This document shows, piece by piece, positions 42,753 through 43,780 of a stretch of DNA of 43,780 nucleotides (position 1 is its first letter; the number at the start of each line of letters is the position of its first letter). Origin of the DNA: Bdellovibrionota bacterium. GTDB lineage: Bacteria > Bdellovibrionota > UBA2394. The DNA lies in contig JBILFF010000002.1 of assembly GCA_044351695.1 (NCBI GenBank), positions 1 to 43,780 on the forward strand, written 5' to 3'. The notes under the pieces are model-generated. The model saw only the letters and a program-made list of their open reading frames with translations, did not search any database and had not been told where the DNA came from. A program made the position numbers and the translations under genes.

Positions 42753-43385
42753 ATGCGTTTTAGCGTGCTTAGCCTTCATCCGGAGATGATCCAAGCCTTT
42801 GCGAGCGAGGGCATACTTCATCGCGCGTGTGAGAGCCAAAAAATTCAAATCGATACAGTGCAGATTCGTGATTTTGCTGAGCCTCCCCATTATCGCGTGG
42901 ATGATAAACCCTTCGGTGGGGGTCCTGGAATGATTCTACAGCCGGCTCCTTTAGTGAAAGCTCTACGCAGCGTTTGTATGTCGGAGAGTTATGTGGTCGT
43001 GCTTTCGGCTCGTGGCGCAGCCTTCACGCAGCAGAAGGCCGTAGAGTTTTCGAAGTACAAGCATCTGGTGTTGATCTCGGGGCGCTACGAGGGAATCGAT
43101 CAGCGAATTGCCGATTATTATGCTCACGAAGAGCTGCGAATTGGTGATTTTGTGATGATGGGTGGCGAGATCGCTGCGGCGGCGGTGATTGAGGCGACGG
43201 CTCGTCTTGTGCCGGGAGTTCTTCAGAATGAAGAGTCGATTCAAGAAGAAAGTTTCTCGCACGGCTCTAACCGAGAAGCTCCCCAGTATACTCGTCCGCG
43301 AGACTTCGAGGGGCATGAAGTCCCAGAAGTGTTGGTCGGAGGAAATCATCGGCAAATTTTGAGTTGGAGGAAGAGCTTTTCATGA
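42753..43385 (+). CDS. trmD: tRNA (guanine37-N1)-methyltransferase TrmD
   Basis: GRYEGIDQR, RIGDFVMMGGEIAA, PQYTRPRDFEGHEVPEVLVGGNH and ILSWRK motifs. Confidence 0.9.
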   Translation: MRFSVLSLHPEMIQAFASEGILHRACESQKIQIDTVQIRDFAEPPHYRVDDKPFGGGPGMILQPAPLVKALRSVCMSESYVVVLSARGAAFTQQKAVEFSKYKHLVLISGRYEGIDQRIADYYAHEELRIGDFVMMGGEIAAAAVIEATARLVPGVLQNEESIQEESFSHGSNREAPQYTRPRDFEGHEVPEVLVGGNHRQILSWRKSFS

Positions 43386-43780
43386 AAGGCTTTTACGTGG
43401 GTCTCATTCACTTTCCGGTGGTGAATCGAAACAAAGAAATCATCACCTCATCGGTGACCAATTTGGACCTGCACGATATCGCTCGTGCTAGTCGCACCTA
43501 TGGAGTAACGGGTTATTTTGTGATTCACCCCTCGCAAGATCAGCAAGCTCTCAATCGACGAATCGTGAGGCACTGGGAGGGAAGATACGGCACGGATATG
43601 AACCCCACCCGAAAAGATGCGCTTCAGCTACTTCGGCTGGCCTATGGTTTTGACGAAACCATCGAGCAGATTCGCCAAGAGCAGGGGCAGGCTCCCTTGG
43701 TGGTGGGTACTCATGCCCAACCTATGGGTGATCGGTCGGTCTCCCTGGTCGATCTGCGTCAAAGGCTGCAAACTCAGCCC
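43382..43780 (+). CDS. putative SPOUT-like RNA methyltransferase (Methyltrn_RNA_4-like), partial, runs off the window
   Basis: This ORF is not in the supplied track. Its ATG overlaps the trmD stop (ATGA) and 133 codons are open to the window end. The sequence MKGFYVGLIHFPVVNRNKEIITSSVTNLDLHDIARASRTYGV... matches my recollection of that family. Confidence 0.55.
   Translation, partial: MKGFYVGLIHFPVVNRNKEIITSSVTNLDLHDIARASRTYGVTGYFVIHPSQDQQALNRRIVRHWEGRYGTDMNPTRKDALQLLRLAYGFDETIEQIRQEQGQAPLVVGTHAQPMGDRSVSLVDLRQRLQTQP

Noticed and set aside
1-43780. CRISPR arrays, tandem repeats, IS elements, integrases, tRNA-flanked islands, toxin-antitoxin pairs and known defence genes
   Set aside because: I saw no regularly spaced direct repeats, no transposase, integrase or recombinase-like ORF, and no nuclease, reverse transcriptase or STAND-type ORF in any frame. 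A visual scan cannot exclude short or degenerate repeats, so a self-dot-plot should confirm this.

Overview
Dense, roughly 90% coding chromosomal segment of a Gram-negative bacterium. The envelope type is inferred from Sec, Tat and lipobox signal peptides and a beta-barrel outer membrane protein ending in Phe. I support about 42 protein genes on both strands. By eye I found no rRNA, tRNA, CRISPR array, transposase, integrase, or recognisable phage or defence gene. Housekeeping anchors are trmFO, nadE, an erpA/iscA-fdx-iscX-recA block and ffh-rpsP-trmD. The rest is signalling genes (class III cyclase, two PAS histidine kinases, a receiver, PilZ, an ECF sigma), envelope and transport genes (MerT/MerP-like pair, HiPIP, NupC, a heterodimeric ABC exporter), exported hydrolases (S8 protease, two alpha/beta hydrolases, PLD, an App1-like phosphatase, a Ppx/GppA-like lipoprotein) and several exported orphan proteins. 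Lineage cannot be determined without a search; a Bdellovibrio-like or Oligoflexia-type organism is only a guess. The best candidate for an undescribed system is the same-strand cassette at 118-3268. It encodes a LuxI/FeeM-like N-acyl amino acid synthase, a heme-oxygenase-like diiron oxidase with a complete ligand set, and a membrane class III cyclase with a cytoplasmic ligand-binding-like domain. I read this as a possible lipid signal make-modify-sense module, which is inference only. Other notable items are: an in-frame isoaspartyl-peptidase/M3-oligopeptidase fusion with an internal signal-peptide-like segment; an ECF sigma coupled to a 6-7 TM protein fused to a SAM-methyltransferase-like domain; a perfect 12-bp inverted repeat bracketing the ffh start codon; and an exported Ppx/GppA-family phosphatase. 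All family calls come from motif recognition by eye, with no searches run. Start codons are often ambiguous because the ORF track uses GTG/TTG starts; track coordinates include the stop codon.
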